Shown here one piece after another: positions 40,869 to 50,399 of a DNA stretch of 64,000 nucleotides. This DNA comes from an uncultured Verrucomicrobiae bacterium (GTDB taxonomy: Bacteria > Verrucomicrobiota > Verrucomicrobiia > Chthoniobacterales > JAATET01): contig CAVRCI010000015.1 of assembly GCA_963719495.1 (NCBI GenBank), positions 96,001 through 160,000 of the forward strand. Reading direction: 5' to 3'. The first letter of the stretch is position 1, and the number at the start of each line of letters is the position of its first letter. The notes below the pieces were generated by a model. It was given only the letters and a program-made list of their open reading frames with translations. It was not told the origin of the DNA and searched no databases. The translations under genes and the position numbers were made by a program.

Positions 40869-41792
40869 CTAGCTGACGCAGCGGAAGCTGAGGTGGCCGG
40901 CGGAGGTGTCGGGTGTGTTGGACGTGCGGGCGGAGCAGCGGTAGCGGTTGCAGTAGCTGGCGTGGCAGAGGTAGCTGCCGCCGCGCATGGCTCGGCGGTC
41001 TTCGTGGGGCGGGTTGTGGAAATGGTCGGCGGTCCATTCCCAGGTGTTGCCGGTGACGTTGTGGAGGCCGTAGCCGTTGGGTTTGAACGAGCGGGCGGGG
41101 GCGGTGCCGCGGTAGCCGTCCTCGCCGGTGTCGGTCTTCGGGAACTCGCCCTGCCAGATGTTGCAGCGGTGTTTGCCGCCGGGGTGAAGGTCGTCGCCCC
41201 ACGGGTAAAGCTGCTGCTCGAGGCCGCCGCGGGCGGCGTATTCCCACTCGATCTCGGTCGGGAGGCGCTTGCCGGACCAGGCGGCGAAGGCCGTGGCATC
41301 GTTCCAAGTGACGTGGACGACGGGATGGTCGAGGCGCTGGAGGCGCTCGACGTCGTCGTTGCCGCCGAGGGGGGTGCGCCAGAACGCGCCGGGAACGCCA
41401 AACCACCATTCGAGTCCGGCGACGCGGCGGTCGGCGAGTTTTTTTCGCTGCGACTTGGGGATCTGACTGTGGTGAACGAAGGACCAACCGAAGCGCTCGG
41501 TCTCGGTGACGAAGCCGGTGGCGTCGACGAAGGTGGCGAAGGCGCGGTTGGTGACGGCGGTCTCGTCGATCCAGAAGGGGGCGACTTCGACGGGGCGGAC
41601 GGGGCCTTCGCGGTCGGCGGGCCAGGTTTCGGGGCCTTCGGCTCCCATGAGGAAGGAGGCGGCGGGGAGGGGCCGCATGGCGGCATGATTGGTGATTGGT
41701 GATTGGTGATTGGTGGGTGAGGCCGGCGGGGGTTGGTTGGGGGATTCGGTCGCAGGTGGGCGGGTGGGGGTGCAGCAGGTGGGGGTGGTCAT
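40869..41792 (-). CDS. Formylglycine-generating enzyme (SUMF1-type)
   Basis: HPVVHVTWNDA, RLPTEIEWEYAARGG, catalytic RGGSYLCHASYCNRYR; start 41792 or 41678. Confidence 0.9.
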   Translation of the reverse strand: MTTPTCCTPTRPPATESPNQPPPASPTNHQSPITNHAAMRPLPAASFLMGAEGPETWPADREGPVRPVEVAPFWIDETAVTNRAFATFVDATGFVTETERFGWSFVHHSQIPKSQRKKLADRRVAGLEWWFGVPGAFWRTPLGGNDDVERLQRLDHPVVHVTWNDATAFAAWSGKRLPTEIEWEYAARGGLEQQLYPWGDDLHPGGKHRCNIWQGEFPKTDTGEDGYRGTAPARSFKPNGYGLHNVTGNTWEWTADHFHNPPHEDRRAMRGGSYLCHASYCNRYRCSARTSNTPDTSAGHLSFRCVS

Positions 41793-41843
41793 CGCGACGG
41801 GGCTGATCTTTGCCAATGGAGCGGGCGGATGCAAATCGGCGTT

Positions 41844-43430
41844 TTAGACGGTCAGTTCGGAATCGTCAGCGGCGGCTGCTGCCGCTTCGGGGGTGCGGCG
41901 GCAGTGGTGGGCGGCGACGAGGGTGACGAGGCTGATGGCGGTGATGGCCGCGAGGTCCCAGCCAGGCGGGATCGTGGCGCGGCCGCCGTATTGGCCGAGC
42001 CAACTGATGGTGAAAGTCGCGGTGAAAAACGGGAGGAGCCAGGCGGTGGAGCGCCATGCCATGCCGGTGCGGGAGGCGCGGGGGTTGCGGGCCATGACGA
42101 CGAGGAGGATGAAGGCGCCCGCAACGAGGATGGCGAGGATGGAGTTGGTCCGCCAGCCGGCCCAGTAGACGACGAAGTTGCTGAGGACGAATGACACGAC
42201 AGCGATGGTCCGGCCCGCGGGGAGGCGGAAGGAGCGGGGGCGGTTGGGGAATTGCCGGCGGAAGGCGAGGAGTCCCATGGGGCCGAAGCCCAGGGACAGC
42301 ACAATGGCGCTGGAGATCATTCCCATGAGGCTTTGCCAGCCGGGGAAGGGGAGGAGGAGAGCGATGCCGAGAACGAAGTTCAGCCAGATGCCGCGACCGG
42401 GCACGCCGTGGCGATTGAGACTAATGAGAAAGGCGGGGAAGGTCCCGTTGCGGGCCATGGCGCGTCCGACGCGGGCGGCGACGCCGGTGTAGATGAGTGC
42501 GGTGCCGCCGGGTGAGATGAGGGCGTCGATGAGGAGGACGGTTGCGAGCCAGCCGAGGCCGAGCTGAAGCGCGATGCTGGCGATGGGGCCGGCGTCGGTG
42601 TTGGCGGCGAGGGCGGACCAGCCGCCTTCGAGATCCGTGCGAGCGAGGGCGCCGACGAAGGACAGGTCGAGCAGGAGGTAGAGGACCATGCAGAAGAGGA
42701 GGCTGCCGATCATGGCGAGCGGGATGTCGCGACCGGGTCGGCGGACCTCTCCGGCGAGCTCGAGGACGCTGCGGAACCCGAGGTAGGCGACGACGCAACC
42801 GCCGCTGGCGACCGCGCCGAGGACGCCGTCGATACCTCCGGGTGCGAAGCCGCCGAAGTCGGTGAAATTTCCAAGGTCGAACCGCGTGAGCGCCAGTGCG
42901 CCGATGGTGACGGCGGGGACGGCGAGCTTCCAGACGGCGAGGGGGACGTTGAGTTTGGCGACCAGTTCGATGCCGCGGAGGTTGAGGACGACGAGGGCGA
43001 GGAGGAGCGGAATGGCGACCGTGAGACCGGCGAGGGAGAGTTCTTTTTCGCCGTGCGCGGTGACGGTGAGCCACGGGAAAATGTCGGCCGAGTATTCGAT
43101 GAGGGCGGTGACTTCGAGCGGGGCGATGGCGACGTAGGCGATCCAGTTGAGGAAGCCCATGATGAAGGCGGTGACGCCGCCGTGGGAAATATTCGGCAGC
43201 CGGGCGGAGCCTCCGGTGAGTGGAAACAGGCTGGCGATTTCGGCGAAGACCAGGCCGATGAGCAGGATGATCGCGCCGCCGATGACGACGGAGAAGACAC
43301 CCGCCGGACCGGCTATTTGCGAAGTGTAGAGCGCGGCGAAGAGCCAGCTCGAGCCGACCATCGACGAGATGGCGATGAGGATGAGTTGGAGCGTTCCGAT
43401 GGAACGAATCGGCCCGGTCGGGGCGCTCAC
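41844..43430 (-). CDS. APC-family amino acid permease
   Basis: SMVGSSWLF, AEIASLFPLTGG, AYLGFR..LELAGEVRRP.RDIP; many TM segments; GTGA overlap with upstream gene. Confidence 0.88.
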   Translation of the reverse strand: MSAPTGPIRSIGTLQLILIAISSMVGSSWLFAALYTSQIAGPAGVFSVVIGGAIILLIGLVFAEIASLFPLTGGSARLPNISHGGVTAFIMGFLNWIAYVAIAPLEVTALIEYSADIFPWLTVTAHGEKELSLAGLTVAIPLLLALVVLNLRGIELVAKLNVPLAVWKLAVPAVTIGALALTRFDLGNFTDFGGFAPGGIDGVLGAVASGGCVVAYLGFRSVLELAGEVRRPGRDIPLAMIGSLLFCMVLYLLLDLSFVGALARTDLEGGWSALAANTDAGPIASIALQLGLGWLATVLLIDALISPGGTALIYTGVAARVGRAMARNGTFPAFLISLNRHGVPGRGIWLNFVLGIALLLPFPGWQSLMGMISSAIVLSLGFGPMGLLAFRRQFPNRPRSFRLPAGRTIAVVSFVLSNFVVYWAGWRTNSILAILVAGAFILLVVMARNPRASRTGMAWRSTAWLLPFFTATFTISWLGQYGGRATIPPGWDLAAITAISLVTLVAAHHCRRTPEAAAAAADDSELTV

Positions 43431-44614
43431 TCGGGGAAGTAGGTGATGGTCGAGCCAACCCAGGAGTCCGAGCCGCGGACTTCGTTGCTCATGTCGCCGG
43501 CGAAGACGCGGGGCTTGATGCTGACGACGGTCGGGGATTCGTCGTGGTCGGGCCAGAGCAGCATCACGCGGGCCTCGATCTTGCGGGGTCCGGCGGGTGT
43601 TTGGAACGCGGTGGCGAATTCTATCCGGCGCTGGAGTAGCGTGTCTTCGGGACTCCGAATCGCCGCGAGGTCCGCCGGGGTAGGGTGGATGATGACGCCC
43701 TGGCTGCTGTGGCCGAAGGTCGGCTTGAGGATCCAATGATCGAGATCGGTCGGGCCGCCGTCGGCAAAGTCCGAGAGTCGGCGCGTCTCGGGAACGTAGG
43801 GCGACCCGAGGAGCGGCATGGCGACTTTGCTGATGCGGTAGAACCAGTCGGGGTGATCGGCCCATTCGACGTCGAGGTCGTCGGTGAACGCGAACTCGAG
43901 CGTCGCGCCCCGCTCGGCGATGTCCTCGGGCACGCAGCGGTTGTAGAGCCGGTGGATGGGGATTTCGTTGCCGTCGCGGAGGTAGAACAATTTCCGCCCG
44001 CGCTGGCGGACTTCGTCGATGGGGACGAGCGGGATGCCGAGGAGGCGGCAGGTTGCGAGTTGGTCGATGTAGCCGCCCTGTTGTTCCGGGGCGATTTCGG
44101 TGAGGACGACGTTTTCGGGACGATGATCGCCGAGGACGGTGCGGGCGAAGAGAGTCTCGGCGGAGTGGCGGTCGACGCCGGGCGGGTAGGCGGTTTGGCC
44201 CGCCGGGATGGGAAGGTGGCGGCGGTAGAAATCGTCGAACAGGAGGGCGAGCGCGTTGATCGACGGGCCGCCTTGCAGCTCGATGAGCGAGAGGGAGAAG
44301 GCCCCGTCGGCGCTGGTCGTCACGGCGTAGTCGAAGACCGTGAAGGTCGGGTGGCGGGTCGGCTGGGGGGCGTGAAATTCCGGCGGGATGGAGCTTTCCG
44401 TTTTCGCCAAAAATTCCGGTCCGCGCATTTGCGCGGACAGATCGAGGGTGGTGTCGATGGCGAGGCGGCTGAGCTCGCGCGAGAAGAACACGGGTGCGGG
44501 GAGCAGGCGGGCGGGCGGCTCGATACCGGTGTAGTCGCGAAAATCCGAGATGATGGCGGCGAAGGACTCCGGCGTGGCGGCCGCGATGAGTTGCTGCTGG
44601 AGGTTGTCGTTCAT
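43427..44614 (-). CDS. Circularly permuted ATP-grasp amide ligase (GSH-synthetase/Gsp-like superfamily)
   Basis: DYAV..LIELQG.PS, IHRLYNR, EWADHPDWFYRISK, WILKP..GHSSQGV, LQRRIEF, KIEARVM. Confidence 0.7.
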   Translation of the reverse strand: MNDNLQQQLIAAATPESFAAIISDFRDYTGIEPPARLLPAPVFFSRELSRLAIDTTLDLSAQMRGPEFLAKTESSIPPEFHAPQPTRHPTFTVFDYAVTTSADGAFSLSLIELQGGPSINALALLFDDFYRRHLPIPAGQTAYPPGVDRHSAETLFARTVLGDHRPENVVLTEIAPEQQGGYIDQLATCRLLGIPLVPIDEVRQRGRKLFYLRDGNEIPIHRLYNRCVPEDIAERGATLEFAFTDDLDVEWADHPDWFYRISKVAMPLLGSPYVPETRRLSDFADGGPTDLDHWILKPTFGHSSQGVIIHPTPADLAAIRSPEDTLLQRRIEFATAFQTPAGPRKIEARVMLLWPDHDESPTVVSIKPRVFAGDMSNEVRGSDSWVGSTITYFPE

Positions 44615-44622
44615 GGCGGGGA

Positions 44623-45744
44623 TCAGTCGGCGAGGTCGGCGTTTGTCCGGGCGTGGATGTCGCGGGTGACTTCGTGGAAATCGATGGTCTTGTCGTAGAT
44701 GTCGACCTGGCGATCCGCGCCGGTGCCGCGTCCCTTGCGGATGAAATCGTGGACGTATTCGACGTGTTCGCGGGAGCCGAGTCCGTCGACGACGTCGTCG
44801 ATGTAGGCGAACATTCGCTCGATGAGGTCGACCGTTTTCACCTCTTCGAGAGTCTCGAGATCGATCATCGTGCCGTGGACGCCGTCGATGGAGGCTCGCC
44901 AGCGATTTTCTTCGCCGTAGGCGCGGCGGCGCGGCGGCGAGATGGGGTGTCCGGCTTTGATGTCGCGGTCGAGAGTGGCGACGAGGGCTTGGATGACGGC
45001 GGCCAGCCCGATGGTGTCGCGCCAGTGGGTCTGCGCGTCGCAGATGCGGAATTCGATCGTGGGGAAAAACGGATGAATCCGGATGTCCCAGTAGGTGTTC
45101 TTGGCGTCGGCGATGCTGCCGACGCGGACGAGGGTTTCGATGAAGTCGTTGTATTCCTCAAGGGTATCGAAGTGGTGCGGCAGGCCGGTGCGGGGGATTT
45201 GGAGAAATAGCTCGGATCGGAAGGAGCGGAAACCGGTGTCCTGCCGGTCGTAGAACGGGGAGTTCGACGAGAGCGCGAGCAGGAGCGGGATGAATTGGTA
45301 GCACCCGTTGGCGATCTGGAGGCCGACGTGACGGTCCGGCATGGAGACGTGGACGTGGAGGCCGAAGATGACGCAGCTCCGAATGGCGTGGCGAAATTTT
45401 CGCAACATCTGGCTGTGCCGGTCGTCCTCGACGACGCCCTGTCTGCGCCAATCGGCGAAGGGGTGCGTGCCGCTGGAAGCGATGCCGAGATCCTTGCGGG
45501 CGAGCAATTCCGCGAGTTGCTTCCGCGAACTCCGTACGCTGTCCGTCGCGTCGTGGATGTTGGCGAGGACGTCGGAGGTGAGTTCGACCGTCGAGAGATT
45601 CATCTCGCGGTGGAGGTGGTCGTGGAATTCCTTGAGGCCGGTGCGGAGGAGCGGGGCGGGGACGGGTTTGAGGGCCATCGTCTTGAGGTCGACGACCGGG
45701 AATTCCTCTTCGATGCCGATGGTGTAGGGGTTGGGTTCGCTCAT
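44623..45744 (-). CDS. YbdK-type carboxylate-amine ligase (GCS2 family, glutamate-cysteine ligase-like)
   Basis: YTIGIEEEF, SGTHPF, IFGLHVHV, LLALSSNSPF, PRTGLP, WDIR.HPFFPTIEFRICD. Confidence 0.9.
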   Translation of the reverse strand: MSEPNPYTIGIEEEFPVVDLKTMALKPVPAPLLRTGLKEFHDHLHREMNLSTVELTSDVLANIHDATDSVRSSRKQLAELLARKDLGIASSGTHPFADWRRQGVVEDDRHSQMLRKFRHAIRSCVIFGLHVHVSMPDRHVGLQIANGCYQFIPLLLALSSNSPFYDRQDTGFRSFRSELFLQIPRTGLPHHFDTLEEYNDFIETLVRVGSIADAKNTYWDIRIHPFFPTIEFRICDAQTHWRDTIGLAAVIQALVATLDRDIKAGHPISPPRRRAYGEENRWRASIDGVHGTMIDLETLEEVKTVDLIERMFAYIDDVVDGLGSREHVEYVHDFIRKGRGTGADRQVDIYDKTIDFHEVTRDIHARTNADLAD

Positions 45745-45761
45745 GGGATGATGGGAGGAGG

Positions 45762-47132
45762 TTAAGTGGTGTCGATGCGCTGGGGGATCAAAAACGAGAC
45801 GCCGAGCATGAGGATGGCTGCGGCGAGGCCAACGAGGAAGGCGTTGGTGACGGATGCGGCGTGGACGGCGCCGTGGGCTCCCGGGCCGGACCCGAGCCAG
45901 ATGCCCATGATGGCGACCCCGACCGACGAGCCGATGTTGCGGGCGAAGAGGAGCGCGGACGTGCCCGCGCCGAGCGTGGTTTTCGGAATCGCGCTTTGGC
46001 AGCCGATGACCAGTGGCGGCAGGCAGAAGGCTCCGCAGAGTCCGATGGCCGCGGCCCCTCCGGCCATCCAGATGAAACCCTGGTTGAGGCCGGGCGTCAG
46101 AAACATCAAAAACCCGATGACGCACCCGGTCGCGCCGATCCACGTGGTGGTGCGAAAGCCCCAGCGGAGCGCGAGGAACGATGAGGCGGACGACAGACCG
46201 ACCCACACGATGCCGAGTGGCGTGAGGAGGTGGGCGGCCTGCTGGGTGCTGAATCCGGAAACGTGGCGCGCGTAGAGTGGCAGGTAGGCGACGGCTCCGT
46301 AGACGGCGACGCCGGTGAGGGCGATCACAAGATTCGACGCGGTGAAAAAGCGGATTCGGAACAACTCGAGCGGGACGAGCGGATCGGAGGCGCGGCGTTC
46401 GACGGCGAGGAAAATCCAGAGCAGCGCGGCGATTCCCGCAACGGCGGCGGCGAGGATCAGGGGATGATCGAGCAGGTATTGAAGTTGGCCGACGGCGACG
46501 AGGACACAGGCGAGCAGAGGCGCGAAGAGGGCGAGGCCGCGCAAATCCAGCGCCCGGACTTCGTTGGAGCGTTCGTGCCGGGGGACGGAAATCATGAGGA
46601 GGGCGAAGCAAAGGGCGAGGCCGGGCAGCGTGACGAAGAAACACCAGCGCCACGAAAGGGTGTGGACGAGGAAGGCGCCGAGGGCGGGACCGACGACGCT
46701 GGCGAGGCCGTTGGAGACGACGATGAGGGCCTGGACTTTGGGGCGTTTTTCCAGCGGCCAAAGATCGGCCATGATGATGGAGCCGAGCGCGGTGAACGCG
46801 CCGCCGAAGATCCCCTCGACAAACCGCCACCCGACGAGCATCGGCAGGCTGGTCGAAAATCCCGCGCCCGCCGTGGCCGCGGCGAAGCCGATGATCGAGA
46901 TCGCCACGCAGACGCGGCGCCCGTGGCGGTCCGCGAGTTTCCCCCAGAGCGGGACGGAGAGAGTCATCGCCGCGGTGTAGGCCGCGAAGATCCAGCTGAA
47001 CCACTGCACGCCGCCGAGTTCGCGCACGATGGTGGGGGCGGCGGTGCTGGTGACCGTCAGTTCGAATCCCGACGTGAAGCTGAGGAGGACGGCGCCAGCG
47101 GTCGCGGCGTAGCGGAGGTTTCTTCCGGGCAT
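45762..47132 (-). CDS. MFS transporter, DHA2 (EmrB/QacA-like) exporter
   Basis: WGKLADRHGRR, GPALGAFL..LSWRWCFF, DPLVPLELF; TGATG overlap with the methyltransferase. Confidence 0.9.
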   Translation of the reverse strand: MPGRNLRYAATAGAVLLSFTSGFELTVTSTAAPTIVRELGGVQWFSWIFAAYTAAMTLSVPLWGKLADRHGRRVCVAISIIGFAAATAGAGFSTSLPMLVGWRFVEGIFGGAFTALGSIIMADLWPLEKRPKVQALIVVSNGLASVVGPALGAFLVHTLSWRWCFFVTLPGLALCFALLMISVPRHERSNEVRALDLRGLALFAPLLACVLVAVGQLQYLLDHPLILAAAVAGIAALLWIFLAVERRASDPLVPLELFRIRFFTASNLVIALTGVAVYGAVAYLPLYARHVSGFSTQQAAHLLTPLGIVWVGLSSASSFLALRWGFRTTTWIGATGCVIGFLMFLTPGLNQGFIWMAGGAAAIGLCGAFCLPPLVIGCQSAIPKTTLGAGTSALLFARNIGSSVGVAIMGIWLGSGPGAHGAVHAASVTNAFLVGLAAAILMLGVSFLIPQRIDTT

Positions 47133-48151
47133 CAGTGGGGCTTGGCGGCAGTGATCAGCGTGCTGGGGCCGATGGGCATGCCGGTGATGATCGGGTCGGC
47201 GAATCCGGCTTCGAGGAGCCAGGTGATCGCCTCGGCGCAGGTCGGCGTGGTCACCCGGTGGCGGAGGATCACGTCGAGATTGAGGAGTTCTCCTTCCGGC
47301 GGTGGGTTGTCGGGACGTTCGCGGAGGATGTCGTGGATGACGACGCGACCGCCGGGGGCGAGGGATTCGAAAGCGCGCCGGAGAAGGGTGCGGGACACCT
47401 CGGCGGGAACGAAGTGGAGGACGTGGGAGACGAGCGCGAGCGTGTGGTCGTGACCGAAGTCAACGGTCTTGAAATCCCCATCGACGACGCGGATCCGGTC
47501 GGCCACGCCGTAGTCGGTGGCGAGCTTTCGGGCGGCGGTGGCCATCGCGCCGCGGTCCACGATGGTCCCGGTGAGGTCGGTTCGCTCGCGCGCCATGAGA
47601 AACGTGTAGTCGCCCGATCCGGCTCCGAGATCCACGACGCGCTCGTTGGGGCCGAGCTCGAGAAAGGGGAGGATGATGGGTGCTTTGAGGAGGGCGGCGG
47701 AATGGGCGGCGCGGGCGAGGGACTCGGGCGATTCGGCGACTCCGCCACTGGGGGCGGGCGTGAAATCGGGCTGGAAAATATCCGGGAAGCGGGGGGCGAG
47801 AGCCTGCGCGGCGTGGTTGTGGGCGAGGTTGCCGGTTTGGTCGAGCAGGCCGCCGGGGATGAGCGCGGCGCGGGAGGCGGGAGTGTTGGCGTAGCGACCG
47901 GAGTCGTCGCGGGTGAGGATGGACTCCATGGTGAGCAACTCGAGGAGACTGCCGAGCGGCTGGGGGTCGAGGCCGGTGCGCTGGGCGAGTTCCGCGGAGG
48001 TGGCGGGTGAGTTTTCCAATTCCGCGCAGAGATTGAGTTTCGCCGCGGCTTGCAGACACCAGGAGATCCAGTAAGCGGCGGAAAGGGAGCGGATGCGGAG
48101 GACCTCCGCGAGGAGTTCCTGGGAGGGAGTTTCCGGGGCCGGGTCGCTCAC
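47132..48151 (-). CDS. SAM-dependent O/N-methyltransferase with wHTH dimerisation domain (Methyltransf_2/ASMT-like)
   Basis: N-terminal AAAKLNL..L..SPATSAELA; VVDLGAGSG, GDF, SHVLH, LAPGGRVVIHD; GTGA overlap with the oxidase. Confidence 0.85.
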   Translation of the reverse strand: MSDPAPETPSQELLAEVLRIRSLSAAYWISWCLQAAAKLNLCAELENSPATSAELAQRTGLDPQPLGSLLELLTMESILTRDDSGRYANTPASRAALIPGGLLDQTGNLAHNHAAQALAPRFPDIFQPDFTPAPSGGVAESPESLARAAHSAALLKAPIILPFLELGPNERVVDLGAGSGDYTFLMARERTDLTGTIVDRGAMATAARKLATDYGVADRIRVVDGDFKTVDFGHDHTLALVSHVLHFVPAEVSRTLLRRAFESLAPGGRVVIHDILRERPDNPPPEGELLNLDVILRHRVTTPTCAEAITWLLEAGFADPIITGMPIGPSTLITAAKPH

Positions 48152-49707
48152 GGATCGAGGTAGTGGTCGGGGGCGACGAAGTCGGGCATGGCGAGTCCGA
48201 GATGATCCTGGAGCACGTGTTCGGCGGTGTGGAGCGCGCCTTGCACCCAGCCTTGTTCCTGAGAAAACGCTTCGCCGCAGATGTAGACCGACACGTCGTC
48301 GAGGGGCTTGCGGATGCGGGGCATGACTTCCTCGGAGCGCTCGTGGACGCGCCACGTGTGCCACGCGCCGCCGTAGGGATCCTGTTCCCAATCCATGTAG
48401 AGAGCGGTCGTCGGATCGGGGACGTCGATGCCGTGGATCGAGCGGATCTGGCGGCTGGCTTCTTCGGCGAGCGTGGCGGGGACGTCGCGCGGATCAATGA
48501 GCCGGATGTCGCCGTCGCGCCGGTAGCGGACGCGGTGCGGAAACGCCTGCCGCCCGAGGAATCCGGCGAAGAAGTCGACCGATGATCCGTCGTGGTAGCC
48601 GGCCATGAGGAGCGAGTGGGTGTTGGTGGGATCGGCTCCGGGTTGCTCGCCCTCGGTGCCGAAGTAGTAGCACTGGCGGACGGGAAGATCGGTGTCGCTG
48701 CGGCCCGAGGTGATCCCGAGTTCGCGCCACCACGGGCGGTCGTAGCCGAGGAAAATTTTAGCCGCGGGCTGGGGGACGACCGCGCTGAGGTCTTCGAGGA
48801 ATTGGTCGCTTTCGAAGAGGCAGCAGTCGCCGTCGAGCAGGGCGAGCGAGCGTTGCGGCAGGGCGAGGATGAGGTGCCGGGCGCGACGTTCGACGAGACC
48901 GTCGCGGTCGCGGATTTTGAATTCCATTCGCACGCCGTCGGCTTCCGGAGCAAATCGGACGAGTCGGTGGTCGAGGTTGATCCTGCCTCCCGTCGCTTCG
49001 AATCGGCGACCGAGTTCGCGGGGCAGGGCGTCGAAGCCGTCGACGAGGGTGAATTCCTCGAGGGCGACCGGGCCGAGGTGATGCGTGGCGAGCGCGATCA
49101 TGTCGGAGCAATTGATGTTGGCCACCGCGCCGTCGTAGCCGGCGGCGTCGCGGATGAGGTGGACGGCTTCGACGCTGAGCGAGCGGGCGAGGAGGTCCCA
49201 GACGCCGAGGTCGTGAATCGGAATGCCGTCGAGGTGAAAGCCTCCCTTGGCCTCCTGGAATTCGCGCGGGGTCATCGACAGGCAGCCGGGCGCGATTTTG
49301 GTGATGACGTCGCGGAGCAGCGAGCGGGGCACGCGACCGCGTTCGTGGGGTTCGAGGAAATAAGGGATCTTGTCGGGGTCGGTGAAGTCCGACGCGTGGA
49401 ATCGATGGCCGCGGAGGTGGCAGAGGTTGTTGTCGTCCCCGAGTGGGAACGGGCGGGCGGCGAGGCCGAGGGTGTCGACGAGACCGGTGACGAGGGTCTG
49501 GTGATTCAGGTAACGCATGCCGCCGACCTCGGCGCGGAGATGCGGCATGTTGTCGGGGACGACGGAGTGGAGCCGTCCGCCGACGCGGTTGCTGAGTTCG
49601 AACACTTCGGTTCGCCACTCGGGATGGGCTTCGCGAAGTCGCCACGCGGCGTAAACTCCCGACACTCCCGCGCCGATGATGGCGACGTCCAGATCCTCGT
49701 GCGACAT
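48148..49707 (-). CDS. Flavin-dependent amine/L-amino-acid oxidase
   Basis: IIGAGVSG, RVGGRL, EVGGMRY, KIFLGYDRPWW, CGEAFS..QGWVQGAL. Confidence 0.88.
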   Translation of the reverse strand: MSHEDLDVAIIGAGVSGVYAAWRLREAHPEWRTEVFELSNRVGGRLHSVVPDNMPHLRAEVGGMRYLNHQTLVTGLVDTLGLAARPFPLGDDNNLCHLRGHRFHASDFTDPDKIPYFLEPHERGRVPRSLLRDVITKIAPGCLSMTPREFQEAKGGFHLDGIPIHDLGVWDLLARSLSVEAVHLIRDAAGYDGAVANINCSDMIALATHHLGPVALEEFTLVDGFDALPRELGRRFEATGGRINLDHRLVRFAPEADGVRMEFKIRDRDGLVERRARHLILALPQRSLALLDGDCCLFESDQFLEDLSAVVPQPAAKIFLGYDRPWWRELGITSGRSDTDLPVRQCYYFGTEGEQPGADPTNTHSLLMAGYHDGSSVDFFAGFLGRQAFPHRVRYRRDGDIRLIDPRDVPATLAEEASRQIRSIHGIDVPDPTTALYMDWEQDPYGGAWHTWRVHERSEEVMPRIRKPLDDVSVYICGEAFSQEQGWVQGALHTAEHVLQDHLGLAMPDFVAPDHYLDP

Positions 49708-49804
49708 GCTTCGGAGGATGCCGCAGCCGGCGGGGTGGGACAAGGCGGGAGGCTGGCGATTCGTGATTGGTTGTTGGGAAACGGTGGGAGATGTTGGCGG
49801 GCTG

Positions 49805-50398
49805 ATGAAAAGCGAGGATCTGGGCGAGGAGATTGCGGTTGAGTTGCCGGCCGGGTGGGCGGCGGGTGATCGGCCGGTGGAGGTCGATCTGGGGTGTCAC
49901 CGGGGGACGTTTCTCGTGGGGATGGCGGAGCGGTATCCGGACGTTCGGTGGTTGGGCGTGGAAAAATTATCGGGGCGGGTGTTGCGGTGTCGGTCGAAGT
50001 TTGGGCGCTTGGGGTTGGCGAACGCTTGGGCGGTGCGGGGCGAGGGATTGACGGAGGTGCGGGAAAGTTTGCCGGGTGGGTGCGTGGCGGCGATTCACGT
50101 TTCGTTCCCGGATCCGTGGCCGAAGCGGCGGCATTGGCCGCGGCGGGTCGTGAATGCGGCGATGCTGGACGATGCTTGGGAGTTGCTCGCGGTGGGCGGG
50201 AGGCTGCGATTGATGACGGATGATGCGGGTTATTTTGCGGCGATGGGGGCGTTGGTTCGGGATTTTGGTCGGTTCGAGGAGGTGGATTGGGCGGACGGGC
50301 GGGAGGTGGTGGCGACGGAGTTCGAGCGGAAGTTTTCCGAGATTGGGCAGCGGGTGTTTCGGGTTTGCCTGGTGAGGGGGAGTGCGGCTTCGCCGTAG
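49805..50398 (+). CDS. trmB: tRNA (guanine-N7)-methyltransferase
   Basis: VDLGCHRG, FPDPWPKRRH..RR, LMTD..Y, TEFERKF. Confidence 0.88.
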   Translation: MKSEDLGEEIAVELPAGWAAGDRPVEVDLGCHRGTFLVGMAERYPDVRWLGVEKLSGRVLRCRSKFGRLGLANAWAVRGEGLTEVRESLPGGCVAAIHVSFPDPWPKRRHWPRRVVNAAMLDDAWELLAVGGRLRLMTDDAGYFAAMGALVRDFGRFEEVDWADGREVVATEFERKFSEIGQRVFRVCLVRGSAASP

Positions 50399-50399
50399 G

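Noticed and set aside
40869..41792. FGE as a definite member of the upstream ligase operon
   Set aside because: Same strand and only about 50 nt away, but a canonical sulfatase maturase is plausibly the resident gene beside which the operon inserted; left undecided
40869..48151. Ergothioneine/ovothiol pathway (GCS2 ligase + FGE fold + methyltransferase)
   Set aside because: The FGE has the canonical catalytic cysteines and no DinB-like domain, the methyltransferase is not EgtD-type, and EgtC/EgtE are absent
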